This document shows positions 13,405 to 27,905 of a stretch of 64,000 nucleotides of DNA, piece by piece (positions within the stretch are counted from its first letter, which is position 1; every line of letters starts with the position of its first letter). The DNA comes from Azolla caroliniana (Eukaryota; Plantae; Polypodiophyta). The notes under the pieces were generated by a model. That model worked only from the letters and a program-made list of their open reading frames with translations, did not search any database and had not been told where the DNA came from. The stretch lies in the NCBI GenBank assembly GCA_043228905.1, contig JBHGNT010000011.1, forward strand, positions 11,656,001 through 11,720,000. The letters run 5' to 3'. Made by a program: the position numbers and the translations under genes.

Positions 13405-16283
13405 ATGGCGAAGAGGAAAGAATTCAAGATCGAGCCTTTCAAGCACAAGGTGGAGGTGGATCCGAGGTATGCAGAGCGAACATGGAAGGTTCTCGAGGAT
13501 GCCATACGAGAAATCTACAATCACAATGCAAGCGGACTCAGCTTCGAAGAACTCTACCGGTAATTACAAACAACACTCAGATAACATCACATCATCATCA
13601 TCATCATCATCATCTTGTTAGCTTTTCTTTTTTCTTCTCGGTCTGTTTTCTCTTGTTACCGTGGCAATTCTACCTGCAACTATACAAGTAAAACACTGGT
13701 TAGATCATATCTCAACATATCATGTTTATTGTTCTTCTGCATCTCGTACTTTCTTTTTTCCCACCCCACTTGTTTTCTAGTTTCAAATAATTCGGCAGAC
13801 AAAGCAGACAAGGTGTGCATATTTTTGAAATTTTGAGGCTATCGGCTGTCTTATCAACACTCTGATTCATCTTGGTTGTCACGTCACGAGATTTGTGTGG
13901 AATTTCTGAGGTGTTTAGTGTCTGTATGAAGCACTGATTTGTTTTCTCAGTCAAGAAGTTTGTGTTTCGTGTGGGATATTGATGCTTTCCTGTTTCCAGA
14001 AAATGTCAAATATTTTGTTTTTTTTTACCATTTATCAGGATATCATGCTTTTCTTTCTGTTTGTATGAATTTGTCTGTAGCAGCTGTTTGTATTGTCTTA
14101 TTAGCTGGTATTTTTTGCAATGAAGATTTCCACCTATTATCTGTGCACATATTCAGTTAAGCAGCTCTTTTTTGATAAATGTAGACAAAAACCTGCCTAG
14201 AATTCAATGATTAGGACTCATATCATTATATACGTTCAGGAATGCCTACAATATGGTTCTTCATAAGTATGGCGATCGGCTATATGAGGGACTTATTAAT
14301 ACTATGAGCCTACATTTGAAAGAAATGGCAAGGTCTATCGAATCTGCTCAGGGCAATACATTCCTCGGGGAATTGAATAGAAATTGGATAGAGCATAATA
14401 AAGCTCTTCAGATGATTAGGGACATTCTGATGTACATGGATAGGACCTATGTATTAAACTTCAAAAAAACACCTGTACATGAGCTTGGTTTGAATTTGTG
14501 GAGAGATAATGTGGTCAGATCATCTCATATCAAAGACCGGCTTGTGGACACACTCTTAGATCTGGTTCAGAGAGAAAGAACAGGTGAAATTGTAGACAGA
14601 GGTCTAATATGTAATGTTATAAAGATGCTGATGGACCTTGGCCACTCTGTATATCATGAAATTTTTGAAAAAAGGTTTCTGGATGCAGCATCAGATTTCT
14701 ATAGAATGGAGTCACAACAATATATACAGACGTCTGACTGTGGTGACTATTTGAAGAAAGCAGAGAGAAGGATGAATGAAGAGATCGAAAGGGTGATTCA
14801 CTATCTTGATCCAAAATCAGAAGTCAAAATTACAGCTGTTGTTGAGAAGGAGATGATTGCAACATACATGAGACATTTAGTGGATATGGATAACTCTGGA
14901 CTTGTGAGCATGTTGAAGGATGAAAGATATGAAGACTTAAGGCGGATGTATGGATTATATAAAAGAGTGACTTCAGGTCTCGACATCATTCGAGATGTCA
15001 TGAATACTCATTTGCGTGAAACAGGTAAACAATTGGTAACAGATCCAGACAGAGTGAAAGATCCAGTGGATTATGTACAACGACTTTTGGATGAGAAAGA
15101 CAAGTATGATAAAATTGTTACATTGGCTTTCTCCAATGACAAGTCATTTCAAAATGCTCTGAATTCTTCTTTCGAGTATTTTATCAATCTGAATACTAGA
15201 TCTCCAGAATTCATCTCCCTATATGTGGATGACAAACTTAAGAAAGGATTGAAGGGTGTTAGTGAAGAGGATATAGATAACATACTTGACAAAGTGATGA
15301 TGCTATTTCGTTATCTTCAGGAAAAGGACGTGTTTGAGAAATACTACAAACAGCACCTAGCAAAGCGCCTGTTGTCTGGTAAAAGCATTTCAGATGATGC
15401 AGAGAGGAGTTTGATTGTGAAACTAAAGACAGAATGTGGTTACCAGTTCACATCAAAGCTTGAAGGGATGTTTACAGATATGAAGACATCACAAGACACA
15501 ATGCATGGATTTAACTCTATGCTTTCATGTAATGAATTAAGTGAAGGTCCAACAATATCAGTGCAAGTTCTCACTACAGGTTCATGGCCCACTCAGTTAG
15601 TGATCCCATGTAATCTCCCAACTGAAATACTTGCATTGTGTGACAAGTTCAAAACATATTATCTCTCCACTCACACAGGAAGACGTCTTACATGGCAAAC
15701 CAATATGGGTACAGCTGACCTTAAGGCAACTTTTGGTAATGGGGAGAAGCATGAGCTAAATGTCTCTACTTATCAAATGTGCATTTTGATTCTATTCAAC
15801 TCTGAAGACAGATTCACCTATAGAGAGATTGAGCAAGCTACAGAGATTCCAATCTTGGATTTGAAGAGAAACTTGCAATCACTAGCATGTGTAAAGGGAA
15901 AGAATGTCATACGAAAGGAGCCCATGAGTAAGGAGATATCTGAAGATGATATATTTATATTTAATGAAAAATTCACCAGCAAGTTTTATAAGGTGAAAGT
16001 GGGGACAGTTGCTGCTCAAAAAGAGAGTGAGCCTGAAAAGCATGATACAAGGCAAAGGGTTGAAGAGGATAGGAAGCCACAGATTGAAGCTGCTATTGTG
16101 AGGATTATGAAATCTAGACGAGAGTTGGATCACAATAATTTAGTCAGTGAAGTTACAAAACAACTCCAAGCTAGGTTTCTTCCTAATCCAGCAGTGATCA
16201 AGAAACGTATAGAATCCCTCATTGAACGTGAATTCTTGGAAAGAGACAAGACAGACAGGAAACTATATCGTTACCTGGCATAA
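13405..16283 (+). CDS. CUL3: Cullin-3, scaffold of CRL3 E3 ligases; exons 13405-13559 and 14240-16283, ~732 aa
   Basis: Exon 1 MAKRKEFKIEPFKHKVEVDPRYAERTWKVLEDAIREIYNHNASGLSFEELYR; GT at 13560 and AG at 14238-14239 join in frame to NAYNMVLHKYG; cullin domain (KDVFEKYYKQHLAKRLL, VLTTGSWP); neddylation motif AAIVRIMKSR; ends LYRYLA. Confidence 0.97.
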
Positions 16284-18854
16284 GTATCAAAACAATCAAC
16301 TGATGATGAGGTACGAGTAAGACATCTCCTTATCCTTCTGAATAAAATGTTCTTGTGTTTCATTCATAGACTGGATAAAAAGTATCCTTCATGTCAAAAT
16401 GCTCTTTAAATGATTCAAAATTGGATATTTCTTAGCATTACAGCTATTTCATTATCATGGACACCTTGGGAAACAATGGATTCCTTATAGCACACTAGCT
16501 TTTCCTTATGTAACTTTATTCTTTTACTGTAAGATGTCCCCAGATTTAAATCTATGCCTTCAAATGGTTTCTTCGAGTTAAAACGTTTGGAGTGCTTTCC
16601 CTTAGTTCAATAAAAAATTCCGGTCTAGACTCTACTCACAGATGGACCTGATGTTTGGGAAGTCATACCTTTTGGATGTACCAGATTTCCGTATAATACT
16701 AATAGATTTGTACCTGCTAGATTCTGTACAACCCAATTCAGGCACTTGACATTGTGACTGTTAGATCTTTGGGCGTTTCTGGATTTTCACAGTAATACAG
16801 TTGTCATTCTCAAAAGAAAATACACTAAAGAGAGACTGCAACTCACAAAGTGTTATCTGCTTAGACATCTCTAAATCGACAGAAGAAGCAACAATCTGAG
16901 CTTAGATCTGATAATGCAAATCATTCACATCAATGGCCATGTGATTGTTAATTAATCACTCCCTGATTTGAGAAAGCAATCCTAATGTGCATTTAATCAC
17001 ATTTTCTTGTCTTCCATGGAGGGATTCCAAAGGATGATTATCCTGAAGGGGAAGAATCTGGGAAAGTTCATTTTTTGATGTAGTTAATCTTTAAGCATCT
17101 TATGGTACTATTCCAAGATGCTGTTTCAATACTGGTTTGGTAGCCACTGGAAGACTGCATTGAAAGACGTGGGATAGACAAAACAATCATCAAGAGAATA
17201 CCACGGGAAAAAGAAGCATATTCACTGGAGTATTTCATGAGCCAGATGCCAAGTTTGCAGCATGCAAATAAACTGGTCACATGTTTATAAATTACAAGAT
17301 TTTGTGTGACAATGGGGAACAAAGCATCGTTTTATGACAATTTATAATCCATTTTATAATTACTAGCTCTTTGTTCCTTCACTTCTTTCCATAAAGGTGG
17401 TTACCTTTTTTTGGATTCCTGTGTGATTTAATGTTTTTTGTTTTTTGCCAGAACAACAATTCTATGCAAGAAATGAGTTTGGATGTTTCCTGGTACAAAT
17501 ACAAGTTTTGTGGTAGGCAAAAGTTGTTTTGAAGAACATTACTATTAAAGATTTTATTGGCATATCAATACAATATTTCTATTTTTGTTTTAGGTATACA
17601 TGCTGAGAATAGCTGCATAAAATATGCTCGATCATAATAATTCACCATTCATTTGAGAAAGGATGAATATATAACGAGAAGAAAGGAGATTTCCAATGCC
17701 AGTGCAGGAAATGATGAGAAAATTTTAATTCGGGAAGTATTTTAGAAACTGCATTAAAATGATGTGAGATCCGGAAAACAATCTTCAGTCTTGTAATACT
17801 TGTTCTTGAAGAGTAAATATGTGTTGGCCTAAAATTGCAAGGTCAGGAACAAATATTGGGCATCATAGCAGTTTCATCAATTTAACCTTAATGAAATTGT
17901 TTTTTGTGCTTTTGTGTGCATGATTCCAATACATATACTGTAATATGTGGGTCACATAACACGAGAGAATGTGTGAGCAAATAAACAGATATTGTATTTG
18001 ATATTAAAACTTCTCAATGTTTGGTCTCTAGACAATGTTAGGGAAGAGAAAAAGTTGTCCTTTATTCACGGAAACTTTGTTTTAAAATGTTTATATGAGA
18101 GGAAAAAAGTTAAATAGAAATAAAGGAAAAGACAAAAATTTGGGCAACATTTCTCTTTGTTGCAGCATGTCCTTGCAAGATTTCTACTATGTACAGCATT
18201 GATAGTTATTCTTGAAATGCAATTTGTTTCTAGTATGGTGGTTAGTTTCAATGTCTCCAGTTAAAATGCTTTGAACATAATTTAAGCAATGATTTGTTGC
18301 TATTGCAGATCTCTTGCACAAGTAATATCTGTAACTACTGCAAAGCACTGCTTATAAATTATAAAACCATGGTAAAATTGCCATTATTTGTCTCTATGCC
18401 CAACAAATGCAATTTGAATGCAAATGGCATCTATGATGGTTGGTACTGGCATAATTTGTAAGAATGAAAATGCCCTTTTTTGTGATAGTCGGATGTTGCT
18501 TCATATTTTGTTCTAAATGAATCTTTTGTTTAATAAGAAAGAATAATTTGTACCAAAGGTTAACACATATTTGATCATGAATTCTTGTAGATTCATTTCT
18601 TTTCGTAGATGGTATTTGGACCCACAGAGACAATCAAACAATAACCCATTTCGCATACCTTGATTGTACTATAGACCCCCTTGTAATATAGTCAAGCACT
18701 AAATTATATTGAAAGGCAAATTATTGCAATTAATGACAACTACAGTTGAGATGTAACTTGTTAACCTAAATAACTTTAGTAGTTGGGCATGTAAAAATTT
18801 GTGCATGATATATCTTGTCCAATCATGGTGTAGAAAAAGTGTGTCCTAATGTGT

Positions 18855-19884
18855 TTATATTCAAAAGATCCTGTTGCAAGATTAACATGGAATCCAGGGG
18901 GTTGGCTTTGGTCACACTCCTTGGGGGAAAAGATCGTAAAGGTCCCCTTTTTTCAGTACTTAGTAAAACTTGGAAGATCATTACTGCTCTCTCATAATGG
19001 AAAGATACCAGCGGCTCAGAAACATTGGACCAATTGGGGTGTTTCCACTTTGCATTTGAGAACCTATTGGAAATGGATATGGTCATTCAAGGGGCCAACT
19101 AAATTTATTCTCTTTCGATGGTTATTAGTGCATATGGCTCTACTAGTTGGTCATACATTGAAAGGGAATGTGACACCCAATTTGCAGCAATATGCCATTT
19201 GCCATGAACCTCAAAAGACTACCAAGCATGTCTTCTGGTCTTGTTCTTTTGCTCAACAAGTATGGAAGAAAGTCGTGTCTTTATTCCTAACAATAAATGT
19301 AGGTTGCTTATTCTCATGGGGATCAACGATGTGGGGAGTATTACACTCCGGTTTAATGTTGTATGAGGCAAACGATGTTCATGACGCAATGACAATACAT
19401 AATGGAAGATTGATATTAGTTAGTCCTTTCCAGCAACCTCGAAAGCAGGTGCGATCCGTCCAAAATTGGAAAACTATGTCCACAATAACATTATGGGTAT
19501 TATGGAAATATCGATGTAAACGACTTTATGATGGAGTAGACATTCATGTCTCAGATGTGTTGTTTGAGTTATGGGAGAACTTGCTGGCTGTAGTCCGTGG
19601 TCAGTATGACAATATGCAGGGTTCCCCAGATACTATGATCAAGAAAAGGAAAAAGCTTCTTCACTTAAGGAAAAAGGTGCCCCTGTTTACAATGGTAGCT
19701 CAAGAGCCTCAATGGCAATATTGACTTCCATGGACTCTTTGAATATCACAAATGTAAACATCCTCGTATTTTATATCAGTGTATAAATAAAGTTGTAACC
19801 TTCTTGGTTGCTAGGTTCAAGTTGTAGCCTTCAGGCGTTTTGTTCTTAATACTATTGAAGAAAATCTTATATAAAAAATAAAAT
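18855..19884 (+). mobile_element. 5'-truncated L1 LINE (zf-RVT region) with A-rich tail and ~21-bp TSD
   Basis: ORF 18849-19724 (WKWIW...ICHEP...KHVFWSCSFAQQVWK, TLWVLWKYRCKRLYD); TSD AAAAAGTGTKTCCTAATGTGT at 18834-18854 and 19885-19905. Confidence 0.85.
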
Positions 19885-20431
19885 AAAAAGTGTTTCCTAA
19901 TGTGTGCCATTGTCATATTAATAGTCTATAGTTCTCATATCATTCCCTCTTGCTCAAATCTTTTCATTGTAAAAAATAAATATATGTTGAATCATGATTG
20001 TGTTCACCTTCATGGATGCAAAATAGAAAAAATGTAGGAGAGCTATCAATTACGTTTCATCATGTTAGTGCAAATAAATGAATTGGTCAATTATGATGCT
20101 AATTTGTAAAAGGAAAAAGAAAACCAAGTACCGATGAAGAAGCAAAACCCTTTCACCTAGGCATGAAGCTATTGTTCCATACAACCTCCACGTACTATTA
20201 TAATTACTAGTGTAGACTTTCACCCTCTAGTTTGAGACGGATAAACTCACTCCCCTAACCCTCAAGTATCCTAATGGGTTATGTATGCTAGTTAGTCCTT
20301 ATTTGAAGAGTACAACAGTGTCATGTAATCTCACGTGTGTGTGCTACTTGAGCATAAACATGACGAACTTGGACCAAGGAGGGCGTGGTGCAAGATGAGA
20401 AGACACTTTAGCTTCCTTGGTGAGCAATCAT

Positions 20432-20500
20432 GGGTGAAGGCTCCCTAGGTGAAGGCTCTTTAGGTGAAGGTTCCCTAGGTGAAGGCTACCATTGGTGAAG
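20432..20500. repeat. 15-bp tandem repeat GGTGAAGGCTCCCTA (~5 copies) in a probable LTR-element remnant
   Basis: Repeated GGTGAAGG units with ~15-bp period. Confidence 0.7.
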
Positions 20501-21164
20501 GATGCTTAACATAGTAAGATTGCCTAGCAATCTTTTAATGTCAACCTCACTAGATTAACACTAATAACCACTAGTTTGAGACCCAAAATCACTCTATTAG
20601 ACAAGATGATTCTTTTTACAATAAGAGTTAGTTTGCCAAGAATTATCATGAATGTGGTGGTTTTTACAAATGCCTCTAAGATTAAAACAAGAAAGACAAA
20701 AGGAAGGGAGGTAGTCAATCTTCTGATAAAGGTCTGTGTCTAGTGCTGTTGTCGAGACCTCGACTACTATCAACAATAATGATGCCTCGATGTCAATGTA
20801 GACTTCTCGAGCCACTTAGCACTTCCTTTGATGACTGGTGTGCAACGAGCCAAACCCTTTATCTCAAAGCTGCCAACATGTAATGGTGCTCGATGGTGAG
20901 AGTGAAGACCAAAATACTTGAAAGTAGGGGAGGTGGAAAAGAAGAGTTATCTTAGCTCTCATTCCCACCCTCTTTACTCACAAACCCTTAATCTCTCTGG
21001 TTGGAAAGGAAAGAATAGAAAACCTAAAAGTTTTGGAAAAGTGGAAATCCCAAAACGCCCAAAAAGAAGAAGAAGAGAAGAACCCTAAATGAGCCAATCT
21101 CTGACTCTTCCTTCACAAGCTCTGATTGTAGCCTTGACTATTGGCCTATGCCTACCCTCCATCT

Positions 21165-24100
21165 CTAGAAGTTGAACTATGGATTCCTCTTTAGTGGTGT
21201 TGGACGATTTTACTGATACTATGAATACAAAAATTGATTCCTTGCGTCCTTCCTCATGCAATTGATGTAGCGAAATGGTTGAAATTCGATAAGTAGATCC
21301 TTGGGTTTGTTGATACCGGATTTCTCTTGTTCTCCAATCTATGTCTGGGTTATGTAATTCGAACCATGGTAACCCCAAGACAATTGGATGCTCTGGACTA
21401 CTAATTATATTAAATGATACTACACACACCAAATTATCTAGGACAACCTGAATCGGCTTTGACTCTTCTACGATATTTCCGGAAGCAATGGGGCGACCAT
21501 CAATGACTATTACAGATGATGAGCAAGAAAGCTTTCTTAGGGATATCTGATGAGCTTGGGAAAAATTCCTATCCATGAAGCAAGAATTGGCTCCGGAATC
21601 TAAGAGTGTTAAGACATGTACTAGAGGGGTACTTTTAGTATTAACTGTTACTTGAGCTAAGAATACATTGCGAACTTGCTTAGAAGGAATGGAACCATTA
21701 ATGGGCTGCACAAATCTAGGGTTGTCCAACCAAACAACTCCTATTTTGGCTGGACTTCGTCATTTAACTCTTCTTCTAACTAACTACGGACTTCAAATTT
21801 GTTCGATAGACTTGGGCTATTAGTACTATTAGGACTATCAGACACTAATACTGAAATAGACTCGGGTTTAGTACAAGCTACTATTTGATTTACCTGTCTT
21901 CTTGGCCTATGTGGACAGTTTATTGTGATATGCCCTGGTCCTCCGCAATAAAGACACAATCAATTTGCTCGGCGTCGTTGCTTTTCTTCTTCTTTTGACA
22001 ATGGTCCATGACGATGTGTGATGTCGATTTCCATCGGCGTTGGAGTATTTGCCGGAGATGCATTATATTACTCCCTTGCAAATGGTTTTGCTACGACTGA
22101 GGTGTATGTGGACTCTGACCTGGTCCTTGGCATTTGTAACTAGCGTTCCAAACATTGTTCAAAAAGCCGGTTATCGCATCATACCACTCAACTGATTGCC
22201 TCTGTGAGTGACTTTGGTTCTTCGGGGAAAGTTAGTAGTAAGTCTTTGACATCATTTCGTAGGCCATATCAAAATTGTTCCATCAATGCTAGGTCATCCC
22301 AGGGAATATTAGTGGCGAGTAGACGAAAATCCGCAGCGTAAGTTGAGGCTGGATGATCACCTTGACACAATCTTCGGATTTTATTGGTTGTCGTCCTAAC
22401 GATGTCGGTGTCTCCGAAACACGCTTTAAACTCGCTAATAAATTCCTCAAAATTATTTAACAATGGAGATTCTTTTTTTTACAAAGGCGCGAACCATGCC
22501 AAAGTTGTGCCACTAAGCAACGTGCTTACGAGTCCCACTCGTGATGCATCTGTGGGATATCGGGAAAGATGCATTTGAATCACCAGGCGTACATGATTAA
22601 GAAATCCTCTGAATTGTGATCTAGTTCCATCGAATTTCATAGGAAGACTGATCTTGGGTTCTTTATGAATTCCTTGAGTACTTGGTCCTTGTTGTTGCAA
22701 TGACACAATGGTTGCTTCAAGTTGTTGCACACGTAACACCAACTCCTTGTGTTGTTGTTGCGTTTGTTGCCTTTCTAGAGAGATTTGTTGAAGATCCCCC
22801 AACAACCGTTGGTTTTCTTGTTCTAGTGCTACAAACCTTTCAAGCATTGCAGCTTCGAGAAAACAAATTGGTATTCGTGAGCACTAACAATTGCCATAGT
22901 ATTGGAGGAAGGAAGGATAAGAAGATTACTATGAAGGGAAGGAGGGATATAAAGTTGAAGGGAAATTAAGTTCAAACTGTTAGGGATAGTACTAGAGCCA
23001 AGGAGAATTAGTACCAAAGATAAAGGAGAAGAATGAGGATTAGTACTACGAAGGGAAAGAGTGTGTGAGAATCATGAGAAGGGAAGAGATAGATAGATAG
23101 ATAGATAGATTATATTATTGTCTTCGGAGGTCAAATATGACCTATGAGACCAAAAAATATTACATTTCACGTGATACGTGTGAAAGTGAGTAGTGACTCT
23201 TGATGTTCAAGAACTTTACCAATGAATGTTGCAATCGAGAGTGCACATTGTGGTTGTGAGAGGAATTCATGCAAAGATTGGGTTCGATTGAAGAGATGTG
23301 GAAAGCATGGTTGAATATGATCAAAGGAAGAGCATTGTATCAGAGTGTGATACTCAGACTTGCAAACTTATTTAGGGCAAAGTGTGCATAAACGATCACT
23401 CTCATCACTTGTGCCCCAACACCCTGTCTCACATCTCAATACATGTGAACTAAGTCGCATGGAAGCAATGGTTCAAATGGTAGATAACAATATGGGCTCT
23501 AACATGTAGCGATGTGTACGGTTTCCCCGTTCTGCAAAAATACGGTTTTGTCATTAGGTGCAACATGTGTAGTATAATGTGTGAAGCGTGAGCCTCCATA
23601 TTTGTCCCATGTCATGATACATTGGCGTTGCAAAAAGGCCTCATTTACAGAGGAATCTTGTGATGCATCATGAAGCGAGTGTCTCGCATCCCATCTACCA
23701 AACCGTTTTTCTATATCTTGCATCCAACCGAAACACAAAATTTTGCTTTTATGCATCTTTTGGATCTTTTTGCTTGCTTCCCATGCAATTCTAGGAAGTC
23801 GATGTGAGGGACTTTTTTGAACCTTAAGTATGTATTCAACAACCCTTTCCATGGCCATGATCTCAATGGGAAGCGATCCCGTCTCAAGGAGGAGGGTGTA
23901 GGGCGTTTGTTTCTTAACTTGTAGAAACTTTGTAATAAAATGTTTTTGGACATTTTCAAACTCTTTCCACGTAGATTTAGGGATGCTACCGCCCCATACT
24001 TCCACCCCATAGGGAAGAACCAGGGTCACCAAAGTGTCAAAAAGATATTTCTTGAGGACCCAACACTTAATATCTCCAAGATTGCATGTGTTCTCAAACG

Positions 24101-27100
24101 CATAGTATGCTCGCTTACCCGCCTCTAAGCGGCGTGTAGCACATTCATTCCATCTATGATTTGAAGGAACTTCAAGGCCAAGATATTTGAAGCTTTCCAC
24201 ACATCCAAGTGGCTCATTGTTGTACATAATACATGGTTTATCTATTTTTTGGCTCTTCACAAGCATAATCTTTGTTTTAGAGCTATCGACGCTTAATTTA
24301 GTATGCATGCAAATTTTTTCCAATGCCTTCATAAGCTTTTGTGCATCTCCTAAAGTATTTGCAAAAAGCACTACATCATCTGCATATAGCAAAAGCATAA
24401 TCACAACATTCCCAATGGCAACTTCTTAAACACATTCTTCCTTTGCAAACTTGGTAACCATTTCTTCCAATTCATCAATGCGTAGACCAAATAGTGTTGG
24501 TGAGAGTGGGCATCCTTGCTTAACACCAATAGTGCTTTTGAAAAAATTTGAAAGTTTATCTCCCATGGGCACACAACATATAACCTTCTCATAAATTCGG
24601 AAATTGCAAGCATATATTCACTTGGCACCTGAAGTTCTTCCATTCGCCTCTAAAAATGCTCATGAGGTACCATATCAAAAGTTTTCTTGAAGTCTACAAA
24701 GCAACAATATAAACATTTACCTCTAAGGCGACTTTCCTCCATTAATACTCGAAGGGTGATAAGGTGATCAATGGTGCTATGGTGTTTCCGAAAGTCAGCT
24801 TGTCCATAAGCTCTCTTACCATTTTTTTTAGCCCATACAGTTATCTTTGATTCCATTATACATCCAAATAGTTTTGCCATTAGTGAGCCAACCATGATGG
24901 TTCGATAGTTGTTTGCATTATTTATATCTCCACCTTTATGTAAAGGTTTGATCCAATTTGTAGTGCAATCGTAAGGCATACCATGTTGCAATGCATCATT
25001 AAACATATCGCATATCCATATATGTGCTTCCTTTCCCGTCCATTTGAGCATTTCGGCCTTTATATATTGAAGATTGCTTGCCTTTCGAGGGGCCAACTTC
25101 TGAAGTCCTATACATATATCTTCAATTGTAAAGAAGGGAGGCATATGTGAAAGAGAACCATAACACATCATCTTTCCGGAAAGAGATAACTCATATAAAT
25201 TCTTATAATGCATAGCCAAGTCATGAAGAGTTAAGTCACCATAACTCTCAACACGTTTCCCCTTTGGATTTCCCCAAAATTTAGCACATGCATGTGCTTT
25301 CTCTTGCATTTGGATAAATTGTTGGGTAACTTCCCATATTCTTCTCTTTCTTTGAATAAGCCTTTTATACTCATGGAAATGCTTTTGGTAATTCTCTTTA
25401 TCCTTAACTACATCCAAAACCATAAGGCACTTTCGAGCTTCATGACATTTTTTATCAAACCATTTTTTCCTAAGTTTCTTGGTGCATTTCCAAGATGTGC
25501 GGTTGGTCGAAAAACATTTGTTTGTATAGGAGAGAATGACTTTCTTGAAAGCTTCCCATTTGCCTTCTAGTGTGGCACCATGTTGTATGTTTGTCATTTG
25601 TAACATATCCTCAACCATCTTGGAATACATGGGTGCTCGCTTAAGGTTCATGCTCAAGTGCGGCTGTTTATTATCTCCAATTGCCTTCTCAAAATCAAAC
25701 CTATGCATACATTTGAGATCAATACATAAAGGCCTATGATCAGATTCCGGTGTCCATTCACCAAGTGAGAATTTATGTATACGATCCAAAATACCTTCGG
25801 AAAGTAGCACATAGTCAATCAGACTATTTCCGTTGTGTTTTCTACATGTAAAATCATTAGTGTTGGACCATAAGGAAATACCATTTACAATAAACAATCC
25901 GGTACTATTGCACATTTGTAGGAGTAACTGCCCAAATTTGTCCGAATCTTTTTCATCGCTAGAAGAGCGGCTATACATTTGTATATCCTCTTGCATTCTT
26001 GAGATATCTGGCATGAAAGATTCTTGTGAATCAAGTTGGAAACTTCTTGTACGAGCTTTCATGTCACCAAAGACAATAACTTCCCCTTTGGATTTGAAAT
26101 AAACAATATCATCTTCTAGATTGGCAAATGGTTGATCTTTATCTAAACAAGCATAAAAGTTAGAATCTTGATGAGGAATCCAACTACAAAAGTGGGCAAA
26201 TCATTAGGTGTTTCTATTTTGAGCTATATGTAGCATTTATGTTCATCATTTTTTATGATTGACACATATTTCTCTATTTCCTTCTTAATCAAACATGCCA
26301 CCCCTCCTTGTCCTCTTCTTTGTCTTGGATGTTTCTTCCATATCAAAGAGTGTACATTATAGTTTCCTAAACCTTGAATCCTTTGAGTATCATGCTCCTA
26401 TTTTTCAACAAGAAGTGTGATATCCGAGTCATCGGTGAACTCCTCTATGCCAAATCCCGCATTCCATGGGTATCCATTGCAATTCCAAAAGCATAGTTGT
26501 AAAAGGTGTGGGTTAGTCTCATAGATCACGTGTCCCTATTTGCCTACATTTCCATCTTCATATACTTTACAGCGAGCATTTTGTTGTGAGATAGTACGAT
26601 CTTCACTCACAAAGCATTGCGTACCTTTGAGGTATACCCAGCTATTTTCGAGTATGATCCGCCGCTTTGTATCATTTGTCATTGTGCATACAATAGGCCT
26701 TTCTCTGGAGCAAGTAACACCATGTTTCCCAACTCGGTGTGCCTCATATACATTCACATCTGACATCCCATAATGCATGCTAAAAAATTCACCAATGGCC
26801 TTTCCAAGGGATGCGGGTGTTTCCATACTCTCTTCTTTAATCCCACAGACGACAATGTTCTTTGATCGTCGTTCACATTCTTTCAATTCTCGGACATCTA
26901 TGGTTTCTATATTCTTCTCTTGATGCATCGCATGCATATTAGATGAGTTTGATAGCACATCCCCACCACATACATCGGCCCATGACTTTGTTGTACATAC
27001 ATTTTTCATCTCACTTACATCCTGTCTCATCGTGTCCAATTTTTCTTCTTTTAATGCTTCCTTTAACTCAATCTTGTTAAGGCGCTCATTTGTTTCGAAA

Positions 27101-27560
27101 GAAGCTCTTTTACATTCTTGAATCTCTTCTCGAAGTTTTGCAACCACTTGTTTAAGACTTTCATTCTCAATGACAACACTTTGGAGCTTAGCATTCTCTT
27201 TCATTAACGTCCTAATCTCTTCACCTTGCTTGTTTATGGTTTCTTGAAGAGAGAGAGAGAGAGAGATTAATGATGACAACAAGAAGTATATTATATTATA
27301 TGAAGAAAGATACAAGAATAGCTAGGAGGCTAAAGGCTGGCGTTGAACTGAATTGGTTCTCAATAATGCCATGTGCCTCTTTTTATAGTGTGCTTAGGAG
27401 TATTCTTGACATTTCAAGAATGTTCCAGAGAAATCTAGAATATAGATAGATTTCCTAAGTGAAGTAAAAATTAAAACAATATTTTGTATTAAAATGCATA
27501 GCTTAATGGTAGGGCTTCAACCCATGTGACACATGGTCATTGGTTCAAATCCTTTTGAAG
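21165..27560 (-). mobile_element. Ty3/gypsy chromovirus (Tcn1-like) copy 2, 3'-truncated: 5' LTR (split by a LINE), gag and protease
   Basis: LTR 22978-~27560 homologous to 41655-42088; gag (KFDGTRSQFRGFL, CLYCGGPGH); protease LLDSGANSCF...IVLGLPW; sequence breaks off before RT. Confidence 0.88.
23088..27248 (-). mobile_element. RTEX-like LINE copy 2, near full length (ORF1, APE, RT, zinc finger) with (TCTA)n tail, inside the chromovirus LTR
   Basis: ORF1 26536-27248 has a coiled coil and RRSKNIVVCGIKE...AHRVG...RPIVC...VSEDRT; APE LQLCFWNCNG ~26500, SLIDYVL, ESDHRPL; RT LLYADD, FKYLG; tail 23088-23110. Confidence 0.88.
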
Positions 27561-27905
27561 CCATACCATCCTCTGCCTTTGAGCTTGACCTTCCAACGAG
27601 CATCAAAGTCCATCTTGTCTTTTATGTTAGTCATCTCAAAGAGCTAGACTTGGGGTTTGATGATATATTAAAACTTTGTTACTTTGAAGGATTTAGCATC
27701 CAAACCTCATAGGCTAGAAAGAATTATCGATTTTAAAACCAAACACTAATAGTGTTTAGCATATTCAAGAGTTTAAAATTAAATGGATGGATCTTTTTGC
27801 CGAATATGCAAATGGGAGTGAGAAGATTCTCTTAAAATGAACTCCCGTCGGCTGTAACTTTTCATTGTACAAGAGTGCAATTTTTTAGAGAGGGGGAATG
27901 TATTA
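27560..27905 (+). mobile_element. Remnant 3' end of another chromovirus (integrase C-terminus, decayed chromodomain, PPT)
   Basis: AFELDLPTSIKVHLVFYVSHLKE; ERIID...FKIKW; purine tract AGAGAGGGGGAA ~27887-27898 followed by TG. Confidence 0.6.

Noticed and set aside
12917-13524. Several long ORFs on both strands upstream of CUL3
   Set aside because: Artefacts of stop-poor GA/TC repeats in the promoter and 5' UTR.
17020-17320. Coding-looking stretch downstream of CUL3
   Set aside because: Stops in all plus frames and no recognisable family.
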